Below are positions 61,194-64,000 of a stretch of DNA of 64,000 nt, one piece after another. The DNA comes from Phyllosticta citribraziliensis (taxonomy: Eukaryota). The stretch is from positions 1,426,001-1,490,000 of the forward strand of contig NW_027117348.1 of NCBI RefSeq assembly GCF_038025025.1, read 5' to 3'. The translations under genes and the position numbers were made by a program. Position 1 is the stretch's first letter, and each line of letters opens with the position of its first letter. The notes beneath the pieces were generated by a model. That model saw nothing but the letters and a program-made list of their open reading frames with translations. It searched no databases and was not told the DNA's origin.

Positions 61194-62242
61194 GCGCGGG
61201 ATGGATTCGGAAATCGCTCTCCACCTAGCGTCTGGTGTGCGAAGGTTTTGGATGGACAAATTGGAACTTCCGACTTGTACGTGGTTTGACAAAAGGGAAG
61301 ACAGCAGGAGGTGAGGGGACAACAAGAGGATGTGGGAGGAAAATGGGCTAGGAAACGCGGAAAGCTATGCTGTCAGAGTAGTTGAACAGGCGGAGGAAGG
61401 TGGCGGGCAACAGGAACTAAGATCAAATGTACAATAGCCGGAGCTTGGATTGAGATAGAAAATTGGTTGGTGTAGCAGCGCAATCAAGAGACAATGCCTT
61501 GATTGCAGACCGATGCTCCACCGAAGAGGTAGCGATTGTGATTGCAACTCTCCTCGCTGCCGCCACTTTGCCCTTATACACATCGGTAGGAAGTCTTGAC
61601 CTTTTGCAGTCGTTGCTCCTTGTACGCGCTGGCGAATCTACCAAAGCTCGAGGAACAGGGCGTGTCTTGCTTGACTTTTACGTTTGGAGATCGTGGCCAC
61701 CAGATGCTGCAGCTCGGATGTTGCGAGCCCTCAAGCGCCAACCCCGGGATAAGAGCACTCCTTACTTCTTGGACGAGCTGACCTCAGCAACTGAAGCGGA
61801 AAGATCAAAAGAGCCTCAGAGCTACCACGAGAAAATCAAGGCGCGGGACGCCTTCGCGTGTCAGACCATTGACGCCTGCTTTTGGCTGTCGCGGAGGAAA
61901 TCCCGGGGGAAGAATGAGACGTTGGCGATGACAAGAGTGCGGCGAGCTGCAGGGCCGGCGGCGTTATGGAGACGGAGTGCGCCATGGTGGCTTCGGTCTA
62001 CGAGATAAGGATGAGCATGAGGTGGCGACTCTCTTGCGGCTTTGGGTGCTCGGTGGCAGTGAAGGGCTGCTGATGGTGTTTGATTTCGTTTCCAGGCCCT
62101 TCGATGAGTTACGGAGTTGAAGACAAGCATGTTCGCGTTTGGATCCAGGCTGATTCAGACGCCTTGCAAGTTTGGCCAGAACGGCCCCAGGTTTTGCGAC
62201 ACTCGGCAAGGTAGGCAGTCGATGGAATGGAGGTATACGTCT

Positions 62243-63067
62243 TCATTTGCTCGCAAAGCTCCGCGTCTCCATGCTCTCGCCATCGCCCCAGATTTCCTTG
62301 CTCTCCTGCTCCACGCCCTTCATCGCCTTTGCCACCTCGTCCAACTTTGCAACGACATCCAAGACGCCCGCGTTGACTCTTTGAAAGTAGCGGTCGTTGG
62401 CTTCCCTCCTCTTGCGCGCCAACAAGATGTCATTCTCCGTATCTTGCTCCAGCTGGCTCTTGACGCTCGCCTCGGTTCCGCTCCTCGGTCTGCCAGTGAC
62501 GACAGGGGCCGCCGTCCCAAGCCTCTCGTTGCGGTCCGACGCAAGCAAATTGGAAGTGCCCAAGGGTCTTGCTTCCTCCCGCTTGGCGGCCGCGTCTTGC
62601 TGCTCGTCCTCGGCCTCAGTCTTTGCCCACGCCTGAGCAAGTGCAATCTGGGCGCTGCGCAAGTCTTCCAGCGCCTTGGAATGGCCAGGCCTGAAGACGT
62701 GCGTGCCGTGAATGGCGCTGAGTTCGACTTCTTCCAGCGTGTTTTGCATTTCGGCCCAGATGGCGTCGGTGCGCTCGGCACTCTGCTGCTCTGCTTCGTA
62801 GTGCTGCGTCTGCGCAGTGCGCTGCTCCGCCCGGATGGATCTGGTGCTGGGGGCAAGGTTGCCGTCAGCGTCGGTCACGGCCTCGCCTAGCTTGGATCGC
62901 TGGCGGAGTAGCGGCGCGCGGCCACTTGATTGAGCGCCAGCGCCAGTTCCAGAGGGCAGCGCCATTGATGTGTTTGATGCATTGCGGGAGGGAGGTCCAA
63001 TGAACAGGGAGGGCGCTGGCGGCCGGTGTTGGCTGTGACTCCGTTCAAGAGGCGCTTGGTGAGACAT
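62243..63067 (-). CDS. Conserved fungal coiled-coil hypothetical protein (possibly DUF5315-like)
   Basis: 274-aa ATG-initiated ORF with coding-like codons and helical blocks IWAEMQNTLEEVELSA, ALEDLRSAQIALAQAW and ANDRYFQRVNAGVLDVVAKLDEVA. The family name is from memory and tentative. Confidence 0.78.
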   Translation of the reverse strand: MSHQAPLERSHSQHRPPAPSLFIGPPSRNASNTSMALPSGTGAGAQSSGRAPLLRQRSKLGEAVTDADGNLAPSTRSIRAEQRTAQTQHYEAEQQSAERTDAIWAEMQNTLEEVELSAIHGTHVFRPGHSKALEDLRSAQIALAQAWAKTEAEDEQQDAAAKREEARPLGTSNLLASDRNERLGTAAPVVTGRPRSGTEASVKSQLEQDTENDILLARKRREANDRYFQRVNAGVLDVVAKLDEVAKAMKGVEQESKEIWGDGESMETRSFASK

Positions 63068-63238
63068 GTTGTAAGGAAACAGAACCCGGCCAGATCATCC
63101 GTCCACAAAATGTAGAAAACTGTCCTCTTTCTGACTTCTCCGCCTCATGGTAGGTGGCAGCGTAATGCAGTTGATGGTCAGGGTCAAGGGCGGACGTCAA
63201 GAGTCGCGGGGAAGCGTTGATCCGAAGCGAGGCCGCCG

Positions 63239-63246
63239 CACGTGAC
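63239..63246. promoter_or_regulatory. Cbf1-type E-box GTCACGTG (minus strand) in the divergent promoter of RPS23
   Basis: CACGTGAC is read on the + strand. Cbf1 sites are known at ribosomal-protein promoters in some ascomycetes. Confidence 0.35.
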
Positions 63247-63460
63247 GCACTCGATTGGCGGCGCTCGCTCGCCAACTTCAATTTTGACCCGACCCACTGC
63301 GCCTGTTGCAGCCGACAACGACGACACCTCCACCCCCTCCAAAACCCACCACTGCGATAGCCAGATAAATCGGTGCGTACGGCCACGCTGCACTTGTCCA
63401 GACGAAATCCTCCCTCAAAAGAATACCCGTCGCCGCTGACACTCGGAACCTGCAGCCATC

Positions 63461-64000
63461 ATGGGTAAGGGCAAGCCTCGTGGTCTCAACGCCGCGCGCA
63501 AGCTGCGCAACCACCGCCGCGAGCAGCAGTGGTCCGACCTCCACTACAAGAAGCGTCTCCTCGGTACCGCCTACAAGTCGTCGCCGTTCGGTGGCTCCTC
63601 CCACGCCAAGGGCATCGTCCTCGAGAAGGTCGGTGTTGAGGCCAAGCAGCCCAACTCGGCCATTCGCAAGTGTGTCCGTGTCCAGCTCATCAAGAACGGC
63701 AAGAAGGTCACTGCTTTCGGTACGTGCCACTCCCACACAGCTCCCAGGATTCGCGGATGCATTGGACGCGTTGGAAAGCAATGAGGTGGCAAGCAACACG
63801 AGCATGGACTAATTGAACCTCTGCAGTCCCCAACGACGGTTGCTTGAACTTCGTGGACGAGAACGACGAGGTCCTGCTTGCCGGTTTCGGTCGCAAGGGC
63901 AAGGCCAAGGGTGATATTCCCGGTGTCCGCTTCAAGGTCGTCAAGGTTTCCGGTGTCGGTCTCTCCGCCCTGTGGAAGGAGAAGAAGGAGAAGCCCAGGT
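63461..64000 (+). CDS. RPS23: 40S ribosomal protein S23 (uS12), runs off the window; intron 63720..63826 and probable 5'UTR intron 63373..63455
   Basis: [86 protein letters not shown]. Confidence 0.98.

Noticed and set aside
1..64000. CRISPR arrays, transposase or retroelement ORFs
   Set aside because: Eukaryotic sequence with no regularly spaced repeats, no RT/integrase/DDE motifs, and no LTR or TIR pairs seen.

Overview
Eukaryotic DNA from a filamentous ascomycete. The evidence is spliceosomal GT-AG introns with CTRAC/CTAAC branch sites and Pezizomycotina-type proteins; the gene style suggests a Dothideomycete, which is inference only. About 19 protein-coding genes and one tRNA-Arg(ACG) are separated by long, microsatellite-rich intergenic tracts. 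Recognisable genes: secreted DPBB/expansin-like protein, LaeA-like SAM methyltransferase, SCY1/Cex1 pseudokinase, Yvh1 phosphatase, a C2H2 transcription factor, Vfa1, ARG4, GUT2, RgsA-type RGS, RUS1/DUF647, ILV6, a KHDC4-like KH protein, two BTB/POZ genes and RPS23. Three things stand out. (1) An intact BTB gene at 59.1-59.9 kb is followed by a tandem array of BTB-less, divergent C-terminal cassettes whose ~70-aa Cys-containing module is still open. (2) A ~1,500-aa protein combines a Set1-type second RRM (SET_assoc), a dsRBD-like segment, a PHD-like finger and a forkhead-like helix region, but has no SET domain. (3) The RUS1 gene has a 45-nt exon isolated between 1.4-kb and 2.8-kb introns, plus a 13-nt micro-exon followed by a GC donor. 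All gene models were built by eye, and no database searches were run.
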